Part shown: positions 17,457 through 27,128 of the stretch, piece by piece
Position numbering within the stretch: position 1 is the stretch's first letter
How the letters are laid out: each line of letters starts with the position of its first letter
Source: a virus
DNA length: 64,000 bases
Direction: 5' to 3' (one strand)
Virus record (IMG/VR): IMGVR_UViG_3300035681_000001
Location: 125,764-189,763 of that record
Made by a program: the position numbers and the translations under genes
The notes under the pieces: model-generated
What the model was told of the DNA's origin: nothing
Database searches by the model: none
What the model saw: only the letters and a program-made list of their open reading frames with translations

Positions 17457-18487
17457 TATTTATCCCACTAGGTTTAATAGCCGTATTTACAGGTGCTCAT
17501 GGAATCGGGTCCAGTTACCTAGCAGCCGCCTTAGCACTAGGAGTTTGTAATTGGGTAGGTCTCAGCCCTACTGATACTACTTCTATAACGGTAGGTTGTT
17601 ACTTGTTAAACCTACTAGCTGGTGCAGCTCATGAATTTGGTGGCACGTCTTCAGATGCAGCTTTGGCACTAGGGGCCTATACCCCGGAACCCGTACCGGT
17701 AAGGATACTGCAGTGCAGTAATTGGAAAGCCGCCGCGTTAGGCATAAGTGCGTGCTTGCCTATAGGTAACCCACCTCACCTAATGGGTGTAGGCGGGTTG
17801 GTGCTGGCGGGTATATTACTACTACTAGTACGTAAGCTCAGCACCGGCGTGTTGGTAGTGGTAGTAGCTTCCGGAGTGTTATACGCTATAGCGTGGCACT
17901 TGGTAGCACCTACTAGTACCCTAGCTTCACTAGGGTTAATAGCTGGGTTGTTCGTACCTAGCTTATTGTGGCCCGGACCTGCACGCCCCACCGACCCAGA
18001 AACTTACCCTAACCCGCTAGGTGTATTAGCCGCTGGGTTTTACAGTTGGATAACTCCTGGTTTCACTACTGGTCTGGCTACTACTACGTTGTTAAACCCT
18101 ACTATTTACCGCCCAGCAGTAACAGCTGTAATCGGCGGGGCTATAGAAGGTTGGAACCTACAGCTAATAGAACGCGGCGGGGAATCTAGTAAAACCCCAC
18201 TAGGTAACTTACTAGGTACTCAACTAGAACCGTGCCACGGCATGATTCTACTAGCGGTGACGTTAGCCTTGGTAACTTTCTTTTTCCCTATAGGGAATAG
18301 ATTCGTACCGCACGCCAGGTGGGTTTCCATAGGGTCTTTAATAACCCAATCCGTGTTGACCACTGGGGTAATAGGAACCTTAACGTTCCTAGTAGCCGGG
18401 GTGTTAGCTCGTTACCTACAAACACTAGTACCGGGTTCAGAAGAAACCCGCAGTTTAGCTTTCCTAATCCCCGTAGCTACTAGCTAG
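17450..18487 (+). CDS. Multi-pass membrane protein (possibly remote TctA-like)
   Basis: About 9-10 hydrophobic Gly/Ala/Leu segments in 345 aa; family call is weak. Confidence 0.7.
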   Translation: MLIFIPLGLIAVFTGAHGIGSSYLAAALALGVCNWVGLSPTDTTSITVGCYLLNLLAGAAHEFGGTSSDAALALGAYTPEPVPVRILQCSNWKAAALGISACLPIGNPPHLMGVGGLVLAGILLLLVRKLSTGVLVVVVASGVLYAIAWHLVAPTSTLASLGLIAGLFVPSLLWPGPARPTDPETYPNPLGVLAAGFYSWITPGFTTGLATTTLLNPTIYRPAVTAVIGGAIEGWNLQLIERGGESSKTPLGNLLGTQLEPCHGMILLAVTLALVTFFFPIGNRFVPHARWVSIGSLITQSVLTTGVIGTLTFLVAGVLARYLQTLVPGSEETRSLAFLIPVATS

Positions 18488-18500
18488 CCGGGGGTTTTTT
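18467..18500 (+). terminator. Intrinsic terminator T7
   Basis: CCCCG...CGGGG followed by T6. Confidence 0.7.
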
Positions 18501-19580
18501 GACGTAACAGCCTTTAACCTACTAGTACCTACCTAAGCTAGTGACCCTAACACCGTACGTGGAGTTAAAACTCACCTAGCGCGGCAACCTTAGTGACTAC
18601 CCAGCTAGGTAGTACCGCGCCCGTTAAAGGTACTAGGTGACCACTAAAGTGTGACACTTGATAAACCGGCACTAAAAACTTGATTTTTACCTTTGCTCTT
18701 TTTTTACTTTACGTGCGTAAAAAAGATGCTAGTATTAGTCAAGGGGACACCCCTGCTAATTACCTACCGACTACACTACCAGCTTCACTACCAAGGGCTA
18801 GACCGAATTCCCACAGCACCTAGAGCACCCACAGCACCGTACCGAATTACGTTTAGTAAGACATCCCAAAGCGAATCCCACGGCCAGAGCGAATTCCGAC
18901 CTAAAGCGAAACCCACGGCCAGAGCGAATTACGTTTAGTAAAACCTGAAACGACCCCCACTGAGCCTAAAAACACCTGCTAGGCAGGGTAGCTTTTAACT
19001 AGTATTTACTAAGACCTAACTAACAGACTTTACTAAATACCAGTTAAAGGTTAAAATTTTTAGGGTAACAGCCCGGATAGGATAATATTTTTTTGAGGTA
19101 ACAGCCCGGATAGGATACTGTGTAGTAGTATGCTTTAAGGTGTGGGCTGTGTAAGCCCTAAAACCTGCTTTTACTTAAAGTTTTCGTCTAAGTCCTTTAA
19201 GGGGCTTATTTTTTTTGAGTGGTGTTTTCTTATTTAAAGCCGGTAAACCGGCTACTGTAAGTTTAGCTCCTTATTACCCTGCTACCTACTCTCTAGTTAC
19301 TCAGTTAATCCTAAACCTTACCTATGCTAAGGTTTTACCCTGCGGCTTTCTGCGCTTCTAGTCAGTATTATTCCCGGCCGCCGGGTCCTACCGTTTCACA
19401 GTCAGTTTTTAGCACCGGTTTTTACTACGAGTACCACCCCAAGCAGCTATCACGACGACTAAGAAAGATTTTTTGAACTTTTTACCAGTATCACTTCATT
19501 AACTATTGAATGGCTAAAGTCAGCCCGCCCTAGGGTTCCTAGGCACGCGTCAACTACTAGTACCACCTCACTTACTTCCC
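18501..19580. other. Long non-coding region with direct repeats (candidate origin or control region)
   Basis: 28-nt near repeats 18868-18895/18903-18930; 17-nt repeats 18843-18859/18925-18941; 21-nt exact repeats 19064-19084/19097-19117. Confidence 0.5.
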
Positions 19581-19583
19581 CTA

Positions 19584-19785
19584 ATGAAAACCCCAGGCTC
19601 TTTTGACCTTAACTTTTTTGGCCGGCGCTGAATTTGTTGCATCTCATGATGAATCTGGCCTAAGGTTAGGTCTTTCTAAGCCCGATTAACAACTACACCC
19701 TGAAATTAAAGTACCGCCTGAGGTAGATTGTTACTACGATAACGGTAAGATTAACGCTTTTATGGACTTTTTAAATCAAACCTGA
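19584..19785 (+). pseudogene. Degraded small ORF
   Basis: Extra T in T6 (19614-19619) plus in-frame TAA at 19687. Confidence 0.4.
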
Positions 19786-19796
19786 CCTCACCGCTC

Positions 19797-19949
19797 ATGA
19801 CACTTTACTGCTATCGAGTCACCACCAAAGCTGGTACTTTTGACGTAATGGCCGCCACACCAGCAAAAGCTATTAGCCAGGCTTTTTACCTTGCTAACAC
19901 CCGACGGCCGCCGGTAGTCATTTCTTGTCTGCAAATGGGAGAATGGTAG
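19797..19949 (+). CDS. Small hypothetical protein (MTLYCYRVTT...CLQMGEW)
   Basis: 50-aa ORF below the track cutoff, C-rich leader. Confidence 0.6.
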   Translation: MTLYCYRVTTKAGTFDVMAATPAKAISQAFYLANTRRPPVVISCLQMGEW

Positions 19950-20168
19950 GTTTGGAAGGACGGTAAATCAACTCAACCTGCTTACCCAACTTACTTTAAA
20001 CAGCTCGCATCACCGTTTATCTCCAACCCGATGAAACTATTCCTGAAGCTCTATTTAGAGTTTTAGGAATAGCACCATCCGAGAAAACAGTCCTTCCGCC
20101 AGGTATTGGTATTATTGGGAGCAACCTACGCTCCACACGCATTACCCCTCCGCACATTTTTGAGAATC

Positions 20169-20453
20169 ATGACCTACCCACTTGATAAGTCTGGAAATGA
20201 AACCTGCATTCTTTTTCAAGGATCATGGAACGTAAAGGATGGAATAGCATCCTTTACCTCCTCGCTAACAAACACCATTAGTAGATACAACCGACAAGCT
20301 CTGGAGCTTGCTATTCAAAACGTAAAAAATACTCGCTCGTCGTACAAAACTTACGATGCCTATATAGCTAGCTTGTTTCATTTTCAGAGCGGATTGTCAA
20401 TGCTTAATGCCCGCACTGGCCTGAAACTGAGCAGTACCGCTGTCAAGTGTTAA
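20169..20453 (+). CDS. Hypothetical protein
   Basis: ATG at 20169 within ORF 20106-20453. Confidence 0.6.
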   Translation: MTYPLDKSGNETCILFQGSWNVKDGIASFTSSLTNTISRYNRQALELAIQNVKNTRSSYKTYDAYIASLFHFQSGLSMLNARTGLKLSSTAVKC

Positions 20454-20980
20454 ACATGAAAGTAATCACAAAAAGCCGAAGATCGGGCAAAACAACCGAA
20501 CTATTAAAGCTCGCTCAAAACTCTCAATATGCTTTTGTGTGTTGTGATTTACATGAATACCACAGAATAAAAGCGCTGCAGCCTAATATTCCTTTGTTTA
20601 CGTTTAACGAGCTAAAACGCCAAGCGTGCAAAGGTTATAAGATTAAGGGATTTGTTATTGACAATGCCGACCTGTGTATTCCTAATACAATTTGGACTGA
20701 TAACTGGGAGGATGCTCAGACAGAGCTGATTGAATTGTCGGCAAAACACTGGAAATATATCTCTGTCTGTGAGCATTCTCAAGCTTACTCCATAGCTACA
20801 AAAGCAAAAGAGTTAGGCTATAACATTCCTTTTCCTGTTTTGCATAACGAACGCTGCCACGTCAAACCAACACTGTTTTTCGATCCAGAAAAGTACTTGC
20901 AAAAGATTGCCGGCGGACCCATTGAGTATGTGACTACTTCTAGTGTTAACACTTGTTACCTAACACTGCCACATCTCTAA
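20447..20980 (+). CDS. Small P-loop-containing protein
   Basis: RRSGKTT Walker-A-like motif; FVIDNAD Walker-B-like motif. Confidence 0.55.
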   Translation: MLNMKVITKSRRSGKTTELLKLAQNSQYAFVCCDLHEYHRIKALQPNIPLFTFNELKRQACKGYKIKGFVIDNADLCIPNTIWTDNWEDAQTELIELSAKHWKYISVCEHSQAYSIATKAKELGYNIPFPVLHNERCHVKPTLFFDPEKYLQKIAGGPIEYVTTSSVNTCYLTLPHL

Positions 20981-21729
20981 TGAGCGTCACCTTTTTGCTG
21001 CAAGTAGGTCCTGTAATGACCTCAGAAAAAGTGATTTGTGTCTTTTCTAACTATTCCTATAAGTTCTGTAAGTATGAAGACCTAAAGAAAATACCCACTA
21101 GCCGGCGCTTTGAGTACGTACCGGTAGGTTCTGTAGAGTGGACCTGTGCTTATTGTCAACACGTAGGTATTACCCTACCACCTAGCATTTCATACCTTGG
21201 CGACTCACACTTACACCGTAAGGTCCGTAAAGGGCAGTACCACGAAGCTGGTATCGACGAATTTGTAAAACCTGTACAAACCAAGATCTTTACGGGTAAC
21301 CTTAAGCGGGCTTTAGTAACTGAACAACCGCTAATTGATCCTAACACTGAAGTCTGGATTTCTGAACCGGTAACATTCGAGTCAGAATTCCGGTTCTATA
21401 TACACGACTATGCACACGGACCTGAAATCAAAGGGTGGGCTAGGTATGACGATCTTTCAATAGACAACCCAGACCCAGACCACGAATTAGTAAGGCGTAT
21501 TGCTGCAGAACTACACTCCAGCCTAGGACCTGGAGCGTATTCAATTGACATCGGGTGGCGACCTGACCTACAACGCTACACTTTAGTAGAACTTAACGAT
21601 GGGTGGTCATTAGGGTACTATGCTGGTATGCACAGCCCTACTAGGCAACAATACGCCGACATGCTAGTTGACCGCTGGCTGCAGATTCTCCTACAACTGC
21701 CCTTAAACAAAGTAAACCACGGACTCTAA
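20980..21729 (+). CDS. ATP-grasp domain protein (R2K / DUF4343-like)
   Basis: FVKPVQTKIFTG, ISEPVTFESEFRFYI, AYSIDIG, LVELNDGWSLGYY. Confidence 0.8.
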   Translation: MSVTFLLQVGPVMTSEKVICVFSNYSYKFCKYEDLKKIPTSRRFEYVPVGSVEWTCAYCQHVGITLPPSISYLGDSHLHRKVRKGQYHEAGIDEFVKPVQTKIFTGNLKRALVTEQPLIDPNTEVWISEPVTFESEFRFYIHDYAHGPEIKGWARYDDLSIDNPDPDHELVRRIAAELHSSLGPGAYSIDIGWRPDLQRYTLVELNDGWSLGYYAGMHSPTRQQYADMLVDRWLQILLQLPLNKVNHGL

Positions 21730-21790
21730 ATGAACGACTGTTGGAGTTGCACTCATTTAGAAAAAGAACACATTCAACCACTAGCTAAAA

Positions 21791-22174
21791 ATGGCGCACC
21801 TTAAACCCGTCAAAGAACTTAAAAAGTTAGACCTCTACTTTCAGCACTTGGAGTCAATAGACTCCATGATAACTAGTATTGATGAGTTTAAAGCATCACT
21901 AATCCAGTTTAAAGAAGAAGGATGGGAAGGTAATGAGTGGGATGGTTCACTAGGTAGCCTTTACAAATTTCACTGGGTAGAAGATGAAGAATATGACCGA
22001 GCAATCACTTTAGCCCTACAAAACAAACCTAGCTGGGATGAAGCTCCAGAAGACGCAGAATCTCTAGCTATTGCTATTTGGGATTCTGACTACCAATACC
22101 AGTGGGTGTGGTTTTATCACCGAGACCCTATAGATACCGTTTTTGCTGAAAACCGACCTACAAGTAAAAAATGA
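21791..22174 (+). CDS. Hypothetical acidic protein
   Basis: 127-aa ORF in the + strand gene train. Confidence 0.7.
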   Translation: MAHLKPVKELKKLDLYFQHLESIDSMITSIDEFKASLIQFKEEGWEGNEWDGSLGSLYKFHWVEDEEYDRAITLALQNKPSWDEAPEDAESLAIAIWDSDYQYQWVWFYHRDPIDTVFAENRPTSKK

Positions 22175-22282
22175 CTGACGATCCTAGACCTCAAGCAGCA
22201 CAACGAATTGCAGATGCTTTCTATTGTAAAGTCCCACCAAACTACCAACAAGGAGGACTTAGCGCTGCCCTTCGTCAATTAA

Positions 22283-22573
22283 TTGAAGAATGTGCATGAG
22301 GTGAAAACAAACAGAGTTTTTTTGTCTGTAAGAGACATTGTTGACATTATCACTGAACTGGAATCGAAAAGACTACTTAACGAAATCTACCAAGAAGCAA
22401 AGCAGATCTACGAATCTCGTCTCAGCTGGGGAGAAAAGTATCATTTGATTTTTTCCGAGAGGATTTCCAAACAAACATCATTTAGTTGGTGTGATCCAGA
22501 CACATCATACAAAGATGATGTAACCGCATACATGGACGGATTTGATTACTACATGGTGAATCAAAATGACTAA
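22283..22573 (+). CDS. Hypothetical protein (5' end uncertain)
   Basis: 96-aa ORF with TTG start. Confidence 0.5.
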   Translation: MKNVHEVKTNRVFLSVRDIVDIITELESKRLLNEIYQEAKQIYESRLSWGEKYHLIFSERISKQTSFSWCDPDTSYKDDVTAYMDGFDYYMVNQND

Positions 22574-22651
22574 TCTCCTAGTGACCCTAAATGCTTATCA
22601 AGCCCTAATACTATGTTGGGGTATTGCAGTCGCACTTAACCTACTACCTCA

Positions 22652-23149
22652 ATGAAAACAACCGGCCGCATACCACTTCCAGAATATCAAACTGAACCAA
22701 AGGTTTACACTCTTCAAATCACTGAAAAGCAGGTCCAAGCACTTAAAAAAGCAACAGACCTGCTAATGAGAGTTCAACTGGGTCAGTGGAGAGAAATCAC
22801 AGACCACCTGCCTCTAAAACAACCAATTGATTATGCTGAGCTTCATCAACACCTAGACCTTATTGGTAGGATTTTATCTGTTTACCTAATTGATTCAATT
22901 GATGGTTATGGTTCATCATTAGGTGTTGGGCACAAAAAACTTCCAGAGTCTAATAGCATCCTTTATGACCTTCATTGCATACTTCGCCGGCAACTCGCCG
23001 TTGAGAGAGCAGTTGAAAGCGGTCAGATTGAAAATGAAAATGTTCCTAGGAGTCAAATGCCTTGCGGTGTAGATTTTGATACTCCTTACCATTGGGGGTC
23101 TGAACCGTTAGCAAAAATTGAGAGAAGATCCAATGAAAAGACTATTTGA
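22652..23149 (+). CDS. Hypothetical protein
   Basis: 165-aa ORF. Confidence 0.75.
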   Translation: MKTTGRIPLPEYQTEPKVYTLQITEKQVQALKKATDLLMRVQLGQWREITDHLPLKQPIDYAELHQHLDLIGRILSVYLIDSIDGYGSSLGVGHKKLPESNSILYDLHCILRRQLAVERAVESGQIENENVPRSQMPCGVDFDTPYHWGSEPLAKIERRSNEKTI

Positions 23150-23173
23150 ATTTCTATTTCCCGCAGGAGCAAA

Positions 23174-23389
23174 ATGAAAGCTTATAAAGTTGAGTTACTG
23201 ATAGTAGATTCAGAAAACGTAGGTGAACAGGAGATTGTACACTCACTTCAGAGTGTAAGGTACTTGTACCCCACCGTAAAATCCATACAAGCTAGAGACA
23301 TTGGGTACTGGCATGACGACCACCCTCTAAACCAAGGCGATGAAAGCTACTATCAAAAGTTGTTTAAAGACCCTTTAAGTATGAAATGA
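23174..23389 (+). CDS. Hypothetical protein
   Basis: 71-aa ORF; ATGA overlap with the next gene. Confidence 0.65.
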   Translation: MKAYKVELLIVDSENVGEQEIVHSLQSVRYLYPTVKSIQARDIGYWHDDHPLNQGDESYYQKLFKDPLSMK

Positions 23390-23772
23390 AATTTTATTAT
23401 GTGGAGTGGGATGACTATTCTTTTCATGAAATTGAAGGCGAATATGTTGAAGTTTCACGAAAATTTCAACATAGAGGTAAATATGCTAAACTTGAAGGGT
23501 TAAAAAAACCTGTACCAATTGATTATGATTCTCTTTCTATAATTCATCCAAATTATAGTTCAAGTCTGGAAAAGTTAAGAAATGAAGTAATTGAATGGGT
23601 AGAAGGTCATATACTATATCACAAATATCACTTAGAGCAAACTGAAAAGACACTTGGTGAAATTAAAAATAGTCTAGAATGCCTAGAAAGAAGGACTAAG
23701 CACCTCTTTGAGGTGTTTCCTCAAAAACTACATCATGAACCCAAACCTACACTTCAAGAATTTACACCATGA
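23386..23772 (+). CDS. Hypothetical protein
   Basis: AT-rich 128-aa ORF with overlapping stop/start. Confidence 0.7.
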   Translation: MKFYYVEWDDYSFHEIEGEYVEVSRKFQHRGKYAKLEGLKKPVPIDYDSLSIIHPNYSSSLEKLRNEVIEWVEGHILYHKYHLEQTEKTLGEIKNSLECLERRTKHLFEVFPQKLHHEPKPTLQEFTP

Positions 23773-24314
23773 GCACACTACACCTCAGCGCTTCCAGAGA
23801 AGTTTACACAAAATCTGGCAAGAAGGACACTCAAACAAAGTTCATTGATCTTCTTCAAACTCCGACTGAAATCACTTATAAAATCTTAGAGTCCGGTACT
23901 TTTGAAGAGCAATTAGACGCTTATTGTAAGTGGTCTGAGCAACAAGAAGCTGAACGGGCAACAGACGAACACTACCCAGACGACTGGATGGAAATCTACG
24001 ATAGTGAGATTCGATCTAAGGAATCTTACTTAACTTTTGATATTGACATTGAACGGCATACGGCTTCAGGATACTCAGCCGAAGTTTACGATAACCTTAC
24101 AATCTTAAGGGTAGTGCTTAAAGGTGAACCTGAGTTTGATGAAATCTTGAGTCAAAAAGATAAGGATATGGCTTTTATACACCACAACGAAGCCCAGAAT
24201 CATATCGGTGTAGGTTATCGTTTAGTGGTAGAAGCTACAAATTCAGCCTCAGTTCGCAAGCAAATTTCCGCAATGCGGAGAGACGATTATGAATTGGAGT
24301 TCTTTGCTATGTAA
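23769..24314 (+). CDS. Hypothetical acidic protein
   Basis: 181-aa ORF. Confidence 0.7.
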   Translation: MSTLHLSASREVYTKSGKKDTQTKFIDLLQTPTEITYKILESGTFEEQLDAYCKWSEQQEAERATDEHYPDDWMEIYDSEIRSKESYLTFDIDIERHTASGYSAEVYDNLTILRVVLKGEPEFDEILSQKDKDMAFIHHNEAQNHIGVGYRLVVEATNSASVRKQISAMRRDDYELEFFAM

Positions 24315-24596
24315 GCAAAAAGTAATCTTGAAACTAGCACATCAAACTACTTCAATCGGAATTTACAATGCCAGTGACAACTGCTTACAACATCTACACT
24401 GAAGAAGACAATCAAGCAGACGGCGACCACGAGGGAGTGGTTCAGTACGTCAAATAGTTACACTCAAACCAGACCTTTTGAAGACTGGTATGAAGACGCT
24501 GAGCTAGTGGTAGTCTCCTGCAGGCCCTTGTAGGAACACCGCTTGACACTAAAGCGTACCTCTAATTTCACTAACCCCACTAACCTCACTAACCTA

Positions 24597-25259
24597 ATGA
24601 CCACGAGGCCTTCCACAATCGACCAGCTACTTGATTACTGGCCAGGAAACATTCCCTTTAAGACAAAACTAGTTAGCGATGACGGTTGCATGTGCGCCCA
24701 GGCTCAGGCGCTGTATTTTCTGGGAAATCTGACTGATGATGAAATCCGCGCCATGGGTCAAGCCGACGCTGATAGGCGAGTTGCCAAACTGTTTGGGATT
24801 AGCCTTGCTCACTCGGTCTTGCTGCGCATTGTAAACGACGGGCAAAAGGGTGCGCCTTCTAGTGTAATTAGAAATCCGGAACAAGTTTTAGGAGATCAAG
24901 CGCACGCTGTCCTTGCGTTTTGGCGGCATCTTGATGGTATAACGCCAGCAGCCTGGGCACCAGTCAAGGCAGCAACCGAGGCAGCAGCCGAGGCAGCAAC
25001 CATAGCCAAAAGAACAGCTGAGGCAGCAGCTGAGGCAGCAGCCGGGGGAACAGCCAAGGTAGCAGCCTGGGGAGCAGCCATGGCATCAGCCATGGTAGTA
25101 CCCAGCTCAAGACCCAACGCAGCAGCCTACGCTTCCAACGAGATCCAGGGCGCTGCTGTTATGTGTGCAAACAATAAACCGTTTTTCTATTTGCCGCTAT
25201 TTGGGTTTTCAGATCCACAAGCGGTAATTGATGCTTCTGAGACCAATACCACTTGTTAA
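24597..25259 (+). CDS. Hypothetical protein with GCMCAQ motif and Ala-rich repeats
   Basis: ATG at 24597 after (CACTAACCY)x3. Confidence 0.75.
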   Translation: MTTRPSTIDQLLDYWPGNIPFKTKLVSDDGCMCAQAQALYFLGNLTDDEIRAMGQADADRRVAKLFGISLAHSVLLRIVNDGQKGAPSSVIRNPEQVLGDQAHAVLAFWRHLDGITPAAWAPVKAATEAAAEAATIAKRTAEAAAEAAAGGTAKVAAWGAAMASAMVVPSSRPNAAAYASNEIQGAAVMCANNKPFFYLPLFGFSDPQAVIDASETNTTC

Positions 25260-25420
25260 CTAATGAAATATGAACAGCAACTGGCAGCTATTTTTCAAAT
25301 CCACGCAGTTCCTGAAAAGGTACAAATAGAGCTTAGAGCTCTATTTAAGAAAAGTAACCGCGAGTCCTTTCACCAAGGTTGGGCAGAGTGTGACACAAAC
25401 AGGTCATACGATTAACCAAC

Positions 25421-25465
25421 CCCACTAATCCCACTAATCCCACTAATCCCACTAATCCCACTAAT
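25421..25465 (+). repeat. Perfect tandem repeat (CCCACTAAT)x5
   Basis: Seen directly; ends 3 nt before ATG 25469. Confidence 0.95.
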
Positions 25466-25468
25466 CCA

Positions 25469-26242
25469 ATGACTGACACTCCCACCGAATTTGATGAAAT
25501 CCTACCAGCAGAAGCTGTATCAATCAAACTACTAAAAATCCCAGCAGGTAGCTTTTTAATGGGCTCTCCACCAGAGTCAAACTCAGATTATGAAAAACCT
25601 CAACACCTAGTAACTCTAGAGTCTTTCTGGCTTTCTCAAATACCTATTACTCAAGCCCAATGGTCTATAGTAGCAAACTGGCCGACCGTAAACGTACCCC
25701 TCAAACCAAACCCTTCTTATTTCAAGGGACCAAATAAGCCTCTAGAGCAAGTAAGTTGGGAGGATGCGATCGAATTTTGTAATCGCCTGTGCCAGCGCAC
25801 TGGCCGCTATTATAGTTTACCTAGCGAGGCACAATGGGAATATGCTTGCCGAGCTGGCACCACCACTCCTTTCCACTTTGGCGAAACGATCAGCTCTGAG
25901 TTGGCAAATTACAATGGAAATTACACCTATGGTAAGGGTCAAAAAGGGGTTTATCGCAAACAAACCACCAACGCCGGCAGCTTCCCCGCCAATGCCTGGG
26001 GGTTGCACGACATGCATGGCAACGTGTGGGAGTGGTGCGCTGATCACTGGCATGACAACTATAACGGAGCACCAGCAGATGGTAGCCCGTGGACTAACGA
26101 CACTAATTATGTAGGAACTAGGCTGCTGCGCGGCGGCTCGTGGAGCAGCAACCCCGGGATCTGCCGCTCGGCTTACCGCAGCAGCTCCCCCCCGGGCTTC
26201 CAGCTCGGCAATGTGGGGTTCCGCGTCTGTTGCCTCCCCTAA
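25469..26242 (+). CDS. FGE-sulfatase / SUMF1 (CLec-fold) protein 1, DGR-target-like
   Basis: IPAGSFLMGSP, LPSEAQWEYACRAGT, LHDMHGNVWEWC, RGGSW...CRSAYR...GFRVCCLP. Confidence 0.9.
   Translation: MTDTPTEFDEILPAEAVSIKLLKIPAGSFLMGSPPESNSDYEKPQHLVTLESFWLSQIPITQAQWSIVANWPTVNVPLKPNPSYFKGPNKPLEQVSWEDAIEFCNRLCQRTGRYYSLPSEAQWEYACRAGTTTPFHFGETISSELANYNGNYTYGKGQKGVYRKQTTNAGSFPANAWGLHDMHGNVWEWCADHWHDNYNGAPADGSPWTNDTNYVGTRLLRGGSWSSNPGICRSAYRSSSPPGFQLGNVGFRVCCLP
26123..26239 (+). other. DGR variable-region-like segment VR1
   Basis: 72% GC (84/117 counted); NNC codons at typical variable positions. Confidence 0.6.
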
Positions 26243-26276
26243 GATCAAGTTTTGCCTTTAGCTCTCAAAAGCAATT

Positions 26277-26703
26277 ATGACAGCCTTGCCAACGACGAAA
26301 GCTACCTAAAGCTTTGATTAGCTACTGGTCTTTCTTTAATTCAACGGCTCCGCTTAACCCAATCCACCAAGATTTTTTACATCCGGAGTACGCAGTGTCT
26401 CTCAATTTTGAACCAAACCCTACTGTTGCAGGGTTTAATAGCATTCCTTAAGACGAGAAGAAAGACTTAAGCGATGATCAACTACGTGAAAGGACCACCC
26501 GCAACTTTGCGGGTGATACTGTGGAAATAGCAAAACTAACTGGCGATGCTACCGCCGCTCAGCCTTTTATTGAGCGGCGCAAGGTAGTTGTTCCCTGGTT
26601 GCTAGAGTTTGCTGTTCAAGCCGCTAATAACGGTTTTCCTCGTGCTGCTGGAAAGTTGACGTTAGCTGCCCAACTTTTGGGCGAGCGTCTGGACTCTGAA
26701 TAA
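26277..26703 (+). pseudogene. Degraded hypothetical gene
   Basis: Frame of ORF 26521-26703 extends upstream past an in-frame TAA at 26449; early frameshift. Confidence 0.45.
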
Positions 26704-26849
26704 GCTAAAGCCCTCAACACAGTATTTCACTTAACGTTAGGCTAGCAGTTCAGGCAGCTTATGTGTTGTGCCCAGCAACTTTCGAGGCTGGCACAAGCGT
26801 TTTTGGTTACTGAAATTTAACTTAAACCCCACCACTCCAACTACTTCAA

Positions 26850-27128
26850 ATGACTGTAACTTCAGCTGGCGTTAATTCAACAGCTCACGCCAACTACATT
26901 AAATTGCAGACGCAGGCCTGGGATGACGCCGCGAAAGCTTGGTTTGCAGCCGCAGGCGAGCTTCGGGCTTTGCTTCAACACAAGGGTGAAGATTACCCCG
27001 AAAACAGCGAATGGCTAGACATGCGAAATCGTGGAGTCTACGCCTTGGTACAGAAAGCTGTTTTGTTAGAGACGGTAGCCAAAGGTAATCCCTCAGAGTA
27101 CATCTGGCGGGCAAAGATAGCATCGTAA
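26850..27128 (+). CDS. Hypothetical protein
   Basis: 92-aa ORF. Confidence 0.65.
   Translation: MTVTSAGVNSTAHANYIKLQTQAWDDAAKAWFAAAGELRALLQHKGEDYPENSEWLDMRNRGVYALVQKAVLLETVAKGNPSEYIWRAKIAS

Noticed and set aside
18693-18938. ORF 18693-18938 as a real gene
   Set aside because: TTG start and a translation that simply reflects the direct repeats of the non-coding region.
18800-19120. CRISPR array
   Set aside because: Only two copies of each repeat, with short or overlapping spacers; no cas genes. The other repeats (25421, 31791, 3690) are spacer-less tandems.
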